From positions 1 to 55,177 of IMG/VR virus record IMGVR_UViG_3300034101_000800: 55,177 nucleotides of DNA; one strand, given 5' to 3'. The stretch is from a virus. Its lineage: Duplodnaviria > Caudoviricetes. The translations under genes were made by a program, and so were the position numbers. Position 1 is the stretch's first letter; every line of letters begins with the position of its first letter. Under the pieces are notes generated by a model. It saw only the letters and a list, made by a program, of their open reading frames with translations, did not search any database and was not told the DNA's origin. Of this stretch, positions 27,543 through 34,824 are shown piece by piece.

Positions 27543-28080
27543 GAGTCCATTGCTTACCTCTTACTCGCACCGAAACTGTTTGAACTTGGAATACTGTACC
27601 AGACCACAAGACACACTTGATTCCTGCTTCGCACAGCATATTCCATCCTTGCTCAATACTTTCACGCCTAGGTATTGATGCATCAGGAGCATATCGATCA
27701 AGCATTTCTTGGTGAGCAACTACCTGAGTTATTCCTGATTGAATCAATCCTCTGGCGCAGTCTACACACGGAGGTAGAGTCACATACGCATGACAACCTG
27801 CAGTAGATAACAGGCTTTGGCAGCAACGATACAGAGCGTTTCTCTCTGCGTGTTCCATGTAAATGGATTTTTGCGAACGATCATTGAGTCTGTTTTCTGT
27901 TACTTTTAGACCTTCAGGCAAGGCATTTGATGCTCCTGCAATTACTCCCATTGTTGGATGCACAATTACACAGCCAACTTGAGTGGATGGATCAGGACTG
28001 TGTTGAGCAAAGCGATACGCTTGCTTCAGATACGAAGCGTATACTGCTCCTTCTCCAACAAATCCTCTGATGGTTTGCAT
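27538..28080 (-). CDS. dCMP deaminase-like protein
   Basis: SPDPSTQVGC, HAERNA and PCVDCARGLIQSGI; TAATG overlap with the uvsY stop. Confidence 0.9.
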   Translation of the reverse strand: MQTIRGFVGEGAVYASYLKQAYRFAQHSPDPSTQVGCVIVHPTMGVIAGASNALPEGLKVTENRLNDRSQKSIYMEHAERNALYRCCQSLLSTAGCHAYVTLPPCVDCARGLIQSGITQVVAHQEMLDRYAPDASIPRRESIEQGWNMLCEAGIKCVLWSGTVFQVQTVSVRVRGKQWTP

Positions 28081-28514
28081 TATGCCCCGTGTGTGAACTT
28101 TTTCCACTCAATGGCACTACGAATGTTCCAATGCAGATTTCCAACCGCTTTGATAACACCTGTGAGGAATTCTACCTTCTCCTCGCAGAATGCAAGTTTC
28201 GTCATAATACCAGCCAAGTCTGCATCACTTTCCAAGTATTTGTCTAGGTCTTGTCTTAGAATCTTCAGATGAAACGGTTCCCATCCTAATTCCGTGAGGC
28301 GTTCTTCACTCATTCTGCCAGAGTAATACTCCCACTTGTCGCGCTTTAGTGCAGATAGTTCTAGTTTTAGTTTGCGAAGAATAAGTTTCTCGTCCATCAG
28401 TAAATTCAGATACTTGGAGTGCAACTGTGGCACCAAGAGAGATGCGATGTCGAGTTCTGTTGGATCTACAGTCAAGTCTTTCTTGACCATATTACGAAGT
28501 TCTTCTAGTTTCAT
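28080..28514 (-). CDS. uvsY: Recombination mediator UvsY
   Basis: PQLHSKYL, KWEYYSG, YLESD and IRSAIEWKKF. Confidence 0.92.
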   Translation of the reverse strand: MKLEELRNMVKKDLTVDPTELDIASLLVPQLHSKYLNLLMDEKLILRKLKLELSALKRDKWEYYSGRMSEERLTELGWEPFHLKILRQDLDKYLESDADLAGIMTKLAFCEEKVEFLTGVIKAVGNLHWNIRSAIEWKKFTHGA

Positions 28515-28520
28515 TACGAA

Positions 28521-28548
28521 AGAATACCTCAAACGGCAAACAAGTCAA
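28521..28548 (-). promoter_or_regulatory. sigma70-like promoter TTGACT-N16-TATTCT, 6 nt before the uvsY ATG (leaderless)
   Basis: Read on the reverse complement; marks the switch from the structural to the replication module. Confidence 0.7.
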
Positions 28549-29075
28549 GGCGTTTCTACTGTAAAGTACTCAAATGCAAAAATGGCGGTTGCAGTCATTG
28601 CCTCAGGATTGTCTGTACCGCTATCGAAATCCAATGAGGATAACTCTTTGGGAAACATGTTGTGGAACTTGAATCTGCGAACTGCATTGTTGGCACTACT
28701 GAACACAATCATAGCACCTTCGTCTAGTTGCGATTCTGAGTCTAGTGTTACATTTCTAACAAACGGTTTTACGGTTTCCCAATCGTCTACCACGCGCAAA
28801 GCCTGAATCCAACTGTATATTTCTAACCAGTTGTGCATGGTTTCGTCCACCAAGAACTTGATCTGCAAATCCTCAAATTGGAGATTCTGAGAAGGAACCT
28901 TTAATGTTCTACCGCTGCGAGGATTGTTGGCAGTAACTTCTGCCACAGATACGCCTGGGATGTTTGCGGTTTGACAATTGTAGATAACGCCTGGAATGCG
29001 AGTAAGTGTAAACTTAAAAGCAGTTGGATACAGGTAGTTCTCTACTTGGGGTTTGCTGTTGTCAAAGTTGGTCAT
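28545..29075 (-). CDS. gp3: Tail completion / tube terminator protein
   Basis: NYLYPTAFKF...CQTANIPG, FLVDE..NW.EIYSW and FP.ELSSLDF; position after gp23. Confidence 0.85.
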   Translation of the reverse strand: MTNFDNSKPQVENYLYPTAFKFTLTRIPGVIYNCQTANIPGVSVAEVTANNPRSGRTLKVPSQNLQFEDLQIKFLVDETMHNWLEIYSWIQALRVVDDWETVKPFVRNVTLDSESQLDEGAMIVFSSANNAVRRFKFHNMFPKELSSLDFDSGTDNPEAMTATAIFAFEYFTVETP

Positions 29076-29096
29076 TGTTTCTCCATAGTATGTATC

Positions 29097-29132
29097 CAAA
29101 AACAAAGCGGGGAGGATTTCTCCCCCCCGCTC
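29097..29132 (-). terminator. Rho-independent terminator after the major capsid gene
   Basis: Minus strand GCGGGGGGGA-GAAA-TCCTCCCCGC hairpin followed by TTTGTTTTT. Confidence 0.9.
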
Positions 29133-29155
29133 GTTTGGTTTCAGTAACCTGACGA

Positions 29156-30580
29156 TCAGCCAGCGATGTTGCTTACCGCAAAGATACGGAAGTATCTGTT
29201 GTTGCGGGTCAGCGCAGTCACTCCACCGATGTTGATGTCGATGGTTCCGCTTGACGGCGTTACATTGTATGGGTTAGTTGCCATACCGTAACGAGTCTTG
29301 AACGCGATCTTGGGTTGGAAGGTATCAGGATCTGTTGCGCGTACCATCTGTAGAGGTACATATGGGCAATAGAAGATACCTGCATCGTATGGGTTGGTTC
29401 CCTTGTAGCCAACCATGCAGTAGTCAGCGGTCACGAACGGATCGACATAAACCTTGATGCGACCGTTCAGAGTACCGACAAACAGTTCACCTGTCTCGTC
29501 TGGCTGAGCGATACCGTTGTTGTTGAACGGACCGCTGTAGTCTAGAAGACCTGCGAGTGAGAGAGCAGATGCAACATTGGTGCTGCAAATCAGGAAGTTA
29601 CCCTTGCCACGACGAGTGCGCTTGGCGATGATGTTTGCTTCCCTCTCGATGTTGTATACGAGATACTTGAAGCGTTCAACCATCCAACGGCCGTTTCCTG
29701 TGTTGGAAGCAGCGTTGTTGACATCTGTGCCACGCTCTGCTGTGAGGTAAGCAGTACGGATCACTTCGCGGTTGATTTCACCGAGAATTTCTGTCGAAAG
29801 AATGTTCGACAGTTCACTCTCAGCGTCAAGACCGTGAACAGCCTTGAGGTCTTGTGCGAGTTCTGTGGTGTACTCTGCCTTCAGAGCGCGAGCCTGTGCA
29901 GTTACCGTTCCCTTGTCGATGGTGAATGCCATCTCAGAGAATGGAGTTGCTTCTTCGCCACGCTTTTCAAGTTGAGCAGAGGTCATACCACCACCCACAG
30001 AGTAGTTACCTGATAGCGGATCGGTTTCGTTGGCTGCACCGAAGATACCGTATCCACCTGCATGACGACGGCCACCTTCAGCGTCAGGATCGTTACCGTT
30101 GCTTACTTCGGTGTCGCCTGTTACGCCACCTGCACCGACGCTGGCCGCGGTGATTCCAGTACCCGTTACAGGACGAGCGCCAGAGAAGTCGGTATCGGGT
30201 TCGTCGTATAGTGCTTCTGTACTTGAGAGAGTATTGTTTACAACATACTTCGAGCGCATTGCAAACACCAAGCCTGTTGGGCCACTCATCGGCTGTACCG
30301 ATGCAATGTCGTAGGCAATGATGTTTGGCAGGGCGCGCCGAACCAACGAGATCATCACCGGCGAGAACGAAGCGATGTTACCCAAGTTCGGGTCGCTACC
30401 GCTTGCGTATGTGCCGCTGAGTGAGTTAACTGCTGTTTCTCTGAGATCACGCTCGGTGTTCTCTAGAAGAACTGCGGTTACATTTTTACGATATGAGTCC
30501 TTGATAGCACCTGCTGATGCGTGGTTTAGGACTGGCGCCCACTTTTCGGTGAGCATGGCTGCGTTTGCGATCTTTTCCAT
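29156..30580 (-). CDS. gp23: Major capsid protein
   Basis: EKWAPVL, VQPMSGPTGLVFAMR, RALKAEYTTELAQDLKAVHGLDAE, FYCPYVPL and FQPKIAFKTRYG. Confidence 0.98.
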   Translation of the reverse strand: MEKIANAAMLTEKWAPVLNHASAGAIKDSYRKNVTAVLLENTERDLRETAVNSLSGTYASGSDPNLGNIASFSPVMISLVRRALPNIIAYDIASVQPMSGPTGLVFAMRSKYVVNNTLSSTEALYDEPDTDFSGARPVTGTGITAASVGAGGVTGDTEVSNGNDPDAEGGRRHAGGYGIFGAANETDPLSGNYSVGGGMTSAQLEKRGEEATPFSEMAFTIDKGTVTAQARALKAEYTTELAQDLKAVHGLDAESELSNILSTEILGEINREVIRTAYLTAERGTDVNNAASNTGNGRWMVERFKYLVYNIEREANIIAKRTRRGKGNFLICSTNVASALSLAGLLDYSGPFNNNGIAQPDETGELFVGTLNGRIKVYVDPFVTADYCMVGYKGTNPYDAGIFYCPYVPLQMVRATDPDTFQPKIAFKTRYGMATNPYNVTPSSGTIDINIGGVTALTRNNRYFRIFAVSNIAG

Positions 30581-30612
30581 CTGAATCTCCTTTTTATCCT
30601 CGGATGAGGGAA

Positions 30613-31659
30613 TTAGTTACGGAACTTTGAGAGTGTGCGAGTGTACGCCTGCATTGCAGGGGACAGTAGTGCATCGGATGATGCGGACGAATCTTCTACG
30701 AGAGTATCACGAGTTTCTTGTACTGGCGTCTTGAGATAAGTTTCTTTCAGCACATTGAGTTTGGTCTTGAATTCTCCTACAGAATCAAACTCAATGCTTT
30801 CTGATAGTTCTTTTAGTTTTTCAACCTCAGACAGCGTTAGACCATCAACCGACTCGGAGAAAGCAATCTTTGCTTCCAACTCGTTGATGCGCCGCGCTCT
30901 TTCCATGCTGTTCTTGATCTCTTCATTAACCTGCGAGGTCAACTCTTCGATCTTGGTGTTTGCTGCTTCAAGCACATCGACCTTTTCATCAGGAATAGTG
31001 ATGAAGTTGTCTGTGAACAGATTGCGAAGACCTTCCATGAAGTTCTCTGCAATTTCTGCACGAAGGCTGCGCTCTACTGCAATCTTATTTTCCTTGTACC
31101 ACTCTTCAACCACATATGACAGATATTCGTCAACCTTTTCTGCCAAATCTGCTTGAACGGTAGCATTTGCTTCTGCGAGTGCAGTTTCGTAGTGACTTCT
31201 AATTGCTGCTTCGCGCTCTGCGATAACAGCACCGAAGATTGCTTCTGCCTTGTTTCTAAAGTCTTCGGAGAGGTTCTGACCGTCAAAGAGAGGAGCAAGA
31301 TGTTCCTTCATCTTCTTTGGATATTCGTTTTTCTTAGCCTCTTCCATATCGTCTTCACAATCGTCACACCACGGAAGATCATCGTCTTCGTTGCACGAGC
31401 AATCCTTAGCGGCCTCTTCCATGTCTTCTTCGTCATCTGCCTTTTTTGCTTTGGCCTCTTCCATGTCTTCTTCGTCATCTGCCTTTTTTGCTTTGGCCTC
31501 TTCCATGTCTTCTTCTTTGCCTTTACCCTTCTTTTTCTTGTCTAGCCAGGGTGGCAACTTTCCTTCTTTAGTAACGGTAGTTTTCGTTGTTGATTCATCT
31601 AGTACTGTCTCTACACTTTCACGCAGGGACGTTTTCACAGGGTCTTTGGGATTGCTCAT
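30613..31659 (-). CDS. gp22: Prohead core scaffold protein
   Basis: LSEDFRNKAEAIF, KVDEYLSYVVEEW, LKETY and M.AY; between gp21 and gp23. Confidence 0.93.
   Translation of the reverse strand: MSNPKDPVKTSLRESVETVLDESTTKTTVTKEGKLPPWLDKKKKGKGKEEDMEEAKAKKADDEEDMEEAKAKKADDEEDMEEAAKDCSCNEDDDLPWCDDCEDDMEEAKKNEYPKKMKEHLAPLFDGQNLSEDFRNKAEAIFGAVIAEREAAIRSHYETALAEANATVQADLAEKVDEYLSYVVEEWYKENKIAVERSLRAEIAENFMEGLRNLFTDNFITIPDEKVDVLEAANTKIEELTSQVNEEIKNSMERARRINELEAKIAFSESVDGLTLSEVEKLKELSESIEFDSVGEFKTKLNVLKETYLKTPVQETRDTLVEDSSASSDALLSPAMQAYTRTLSKFRN
31411..31515 (-). repeat. 42-bp tandem repeat (about 2.5 copies) encoding EEDMEEAKAKKADD in gp22
   Basis: Identical units start at 31411, 31453 and 31495. Confidence 0.9.
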
Positions 31660-31692
31660 CGGATATCTCCTTTAGGGTAATGAAACCACTTC

Positions 31693-31700
31693 TATTTATG
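31693..31700 (-). promoter_or_regulatory. Late promoter CATAAATA upstream of gp22
   Basis: Intergenic match to NATAAATA. Confidence 0.75.
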
Positions 31701-31713
31701 CCTAATCTGATTT

Positions 31714-32352
31714 TCACAGACCGCGCAAGAAGGCATTGAATGCTTGCAGTTTTGCTTCTTCCAAATTACGCTTGGAAGTGCGCTTGATTGTCTGTTTGAT
31801 TGCTTCCACCTGTCTCCAGTTGCCATTTTCGTAGACCCAATCTTTACCTTCCATGACACCTTCAACAAAAGCGTCAGGAGCAGATGGGTCTGCTACAATG
31901 TCTACCGCGGCAAGATTGAAGTCGTTTTGCACTTCATTGATGCCGTCTTTGGTGGTTTTCAGAGAACCAACACCACGGGAAGACACACCAAACTTAACAC
32001 CCTCGTCAATCATGTTTTTGACGATTTTGCCGTATGGGGTGTCCATGACCTTTGCTTTACCCCAAATGTTCTTGCCGTCCACCTTCATCTCTTTGATGAT
32101 ATGGGAAACACGGTCAAGATTAAGTTGTGGGCCTTCGGGATGACCTAGTTCGCCCATTGCTCGGTTCGATTCTACGAACTCTTTGTTGTAGCGCATGGCT
32201 TCCTTAACAAGCACTCCGTTTGGGTACACGCGACCGTTGCGATTCTTGATATCAGACTGCATAAAGACGCCTTCAATGAAGTACGCTTTCTTGCCATCCT
32301 TCTCTTCGGTGATGATCTGAATGTCGTCTGTGTGTTCGGTTATGAGTTTCAT
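31714..32352 (-). CDS. gp21: Prohead protease
   Basis: NRNGRVYP, GELGHP, GVSSRGVGS and DIVADPSAPDA. Confidence 0.97.
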   Translation of the reverse strand: MKLITEHTDDIQIITEEKDGKKAYFIEGVFMQSDIKNRNGRVYPNGVLVKEAMRYNKEFVESNRAMGELGHPEGPQLNLDRVSHIIKEMKVDGKNIWGKAKVMDTPYGKIVKNMIDEGVKFGVSSRGVGSLKTTKDGINEVQNDFNLAAVDIVADPSAPDAFVEGVMEGKDWVYENGNWRQVEAIKQTIKRTSKRNLEEAKLQAFNAFLRGL

Positions 32353-32690
32353 TCGTCTTTGCCTTTCTTCTTTTTACCGCGAATAATCTTGAAGTCTTGA
32401 CTGTCTAGTTCACCGTTGTGATTCTTGTCCAGTTTCTTCTGATTGGCGGTCATCTCTTCTACTTCAGAGCAACCACAGTCTTCTGCTACTTCTTCTTCTT
32501 CACATGAGCAGTTGCAGTCTCCCTTCGCTTCTGCTGCTGCACACGGTCCGTAAGCAACAGATGCCAAGCATCTGCGCTTGTCTTCCAAGTACACCTTGGT
32601 TTTTTGTGCCAAAAGGGCGTGAATGTTTTCTTTGGTTCTGATGATGTTTTCATCAAGAATGTTTGATATGATTGTTTGTCCGTTTATCAT
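32349..32690 (-). CDS. Prohead core protein (gp67/gp68-like position) with EF-hand-like loop
   Basis: Directly before gp21; helical N-half and DKNHNGELDSQDF loop. Confidence 0.55.
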   Translation of the reverse strand: MINGQTIISNILDENIIRTKENIHALLAQKTKVYLEDKRRCLASVAYGPCAAAEAKGDCNCSCEEEEVAEDCGCSEVEEMTANQKKLDKNHNGELDSQDFKIIRGKKKKGKDE

Positions 32691-32702
32691 ACGATTCCTC
32701 TA

Positions 32703-34301
32703 TTAGAATGTACCGCAATCGATGGTTTTGTTGCTTAGTGTTTCTGATCCTGCAAGAGTTGCAAGTGTACCTGTTGTCGGAAGAGTAATGTTTGTGTTGT
32801 TTGTAGTGGTCAGGGTTAGCGTATGTGCGCCAGAATGCGTGAACGATCCTGCTGTGCTGATGTTTCCACCAAGAGTAATGGTATACGAACCGTTGTTTAC
32901 TCCAGTACCACCGTAGGTGGAACCTACGATACCACCCTGCCATACGCTACCTGTAGAGAGCGTCTTGTTGGTTAGCGTTTCTGATCCTGCAAGAGTTGCA
33001 AGTGTACCTGTTACCGGAAGAGTTACACTTGAACCGCTGGCGTTTGCATCAAATGTAATGTTTGCGGTATTGATTGTAAGTGTTCTACCTGCGTTGTTTA
33101 CTCCAGTACCGCCGTAGGTGGAGCCGATTACGCCGCCTTGCCATGTACCACTTGAAACTGTTCCAACCGTTGTGATGGACGATAGGTTTCCGGTAGTGAT
33201 TACTGTACCTGTTGCATCGGGCATCGTCCATACACGACCGGCACTAAGTGTTGCCGTTTTTAGATCACCGTTCAATGGCCCTGCTGCTGCTCCTGTAGGA
33301 TCAGATACTATTCTGAGGAAGCCGTCTACACCCAGTAAAGTTCCGTTTAGTTGGAAGTATCCTGCATCGAGTTTTGCGTATGCGCTTGCGGCAAGCGAAG
33401 CGTGACCGATCAGACTCAAATCTGCATCGTGTGTGTTATCACCCTTTAGAACCAATGCAGTACCACTAACGCTTTTTACCGAGTTGGTCTTGATGTCTCC
33501 CAAAGTTCCTGAGAATACTTCTGATGTGTTTGTTGCATCAGGAATAAACATGAAACTGCTGTCAGTATCATCGAATCCAAAGAAACCAAGTTTAGCGGCG
33601 CTACCGTTATGCCAACGGAACTCAATACCGCGATCCTTATTGTCATCGCTGCCTGGTGAAGAGTCTCCACCAAGAGTAAAGATGGGATCGTCTACTGATG
33701 TGGTTGTGGAATTTACCGTAGTTGTAGTGCCGTTAATGGTTAAGTTTCCGGTAACTGTAAGACTTCCACCAACAGTAACATCGTTTGGAAGACCAACTGT
33801 GATGGTTGTTCCACTCACAGACGTTTCTATTTCGTTTGCTGTGCCTGTGACAGTTATAGTACCGCTTGTTGTGATTGCGGTGCCGGATCCGCTCCCGGCA
33901 GCGGGGGTGATGCTAGTAACTGTTCCACCTGCATCAGTACTGCTTACGGTAATTGTATCTGTGCCCGCATCTGTGGTAATGGTGATACCTGAACCCGCTA
34001 CAAGCGTTAGAGTATCACCAGAAATGCTAGTATCAGCAACAACATTGCTCTGCCCTGTAACTGCAATGGTCTTGAAGTACGCCAGAGCATCAACTGCATC
34101 GGTATAGTACTTGCCGCCAATAGCAACCGCAGAAGTGCCAGCACTAGAATTCTGAATACCAAGATACACCTTGTTGGACGCACCGTTGTTGGTGCTATCC
34201 ATTGTAGTTGCCAACTCACCAATCACAATGTCGGTGCTTGCAACAGGTGCAGTTGTTCCTGTACTGCGCTTAATTTTGATGGTGCTATCTGTAGGCATCA
34301 C
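32703..34301 (-). CDS. Gly/Thr-rich virion fibre / decoration protein
   Basis: IKIKRS...GELA N-terminus, LTVTGNLTINGTTTTVNST, DRGIEFRW and internal duplications (GSTYGGTGVNN x2, GTLATLAGSETL x2). Confidence 0.75.
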   Translation of the reverse strand: MMPTDSTIKIKRSTGTTAPVASTDIVIGELATTMDSTNNGASNKVYLGIQNSSAGTSAVAIGGKYYTDAVDALAYFKTIAVTGQSNVVADTSISGDTLTLVAGSGITITTDAGTDTITVSSTDAGGTVTSITPAAGSGSGTAITTSGTITVTGTANEIETSVSGTTITVGLPNDVTVGGSLTVTGNLTINGTTTTVNSTTTSVDDPIFTLGGDSSPGSDDNKDRGIEFRWHNGSAAKLGFFGFDDTDSSFMFIPDATNTSEVFSGTLGDIKTNSVKSVSGTALVLKGDNTHDADLSLIGHASLAASAYAKLDAGYFQLNGTLLGVDGFLRIVSDPTGAAAGPLNGDLKTATLSAGRVWTMPDATGTVITTGNLSSITTVGTVSSGTWQGGVIGSTYGGTGVNNAGRTLTINTANITFDANASGSSVTLPVTGTLATLAGSETLTNKTLSTGSVWQGGIVGSTYGGTGVNNGSYTITLGGNISTAGSFTHSGAHTLTLTTTNNTNITLPTTGTLATLAGSETLSNKTIDCGTF

Positions 34302-34309
34302 TCACTCCG

Positions 34310-34423
34310 TTAGAACCAAACTACTTTTGTGTCTGGTGGTTGTTGTCGAATAGTAATTCTATTTATGGTCCTGACAATTACTAGAGGCAGTTTTGCCTGC
34401 TTTACTCGTACTCGGTATCTCAT
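34310..34423 (-). CDS. Possible 37-aa ORF (MRYRVRVKQAKLPLVIVRTINRITIRQQPPDTKVVWF)
   Basis: ATGA overlap with the upstream stop, GGAG just upstream, fills the gap. Confidence 0.4.
   Translation of the reverse strand: MRYRVRVKQAKLPLVIVRTINRITIRQQPPDTKVVWF
34360..34367 (-). promoter_or_regulatory. Late promoter CATAAATA upstream of the 532-aa fibre gene
   Basis: Match to NATAAATA about 60 nt before the start. Confidence 0.6.
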
Positions 34424-34821
34424 CGAATTGCTCCTGATTCAACAATAAACCTACCACGAAGCAGTTTCATGGGAGTTGAAGCATTCATCAATTGGATCTC
34501 GTAGAAATACTTGCCAGCAGGAACATCTGACATGGTATCTGCTTCCACTTCAAGCAGAATGTTGCCAGTTATTCCATCGTATGTGAGCGTAAATTCTCCG
34601 GCGTATCCCGTTACACCCTCAACCGTTGCTTCATCGTCGTTCACTTCTAATACGATATCTGTGCTTATCTCTTCGGTTGATCGGCGCACTTGCATACGGG
34701 CGTGTGTATATCCCGAAGCACCTGTAAGATTTACACCGTTTTCGTTGGCGTCTTCGTACAGAAACTCAATCTCTAACTTTGATCCTTGCTCAGTATAGAT
34801 GTCGTAGATTGGAGTTGGCAT
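34420..34821 (-). CDS. Small beta-sandwich virion protein (BppU-N / fibre-adaptor-like)
   Basis: YDI..EQG, NLTG..ARMQVR, GKYFYEIQL and LLRGRF pattern. Confidence 0.6.
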   Translation of the reverse strand: MPTPIYDIYTEQGSKLEIEFLYEDANENGVNLTGASGYTHARMQVRRSTEEISTDIVLEVNDDEATVEGVTGYAGEFTLTYDGITGNILLEVEADTMSDVPAGKYFYEIQLMNASTPMKLLRGRFIVESGAIR

Positions 34822-34824
34822 AAC

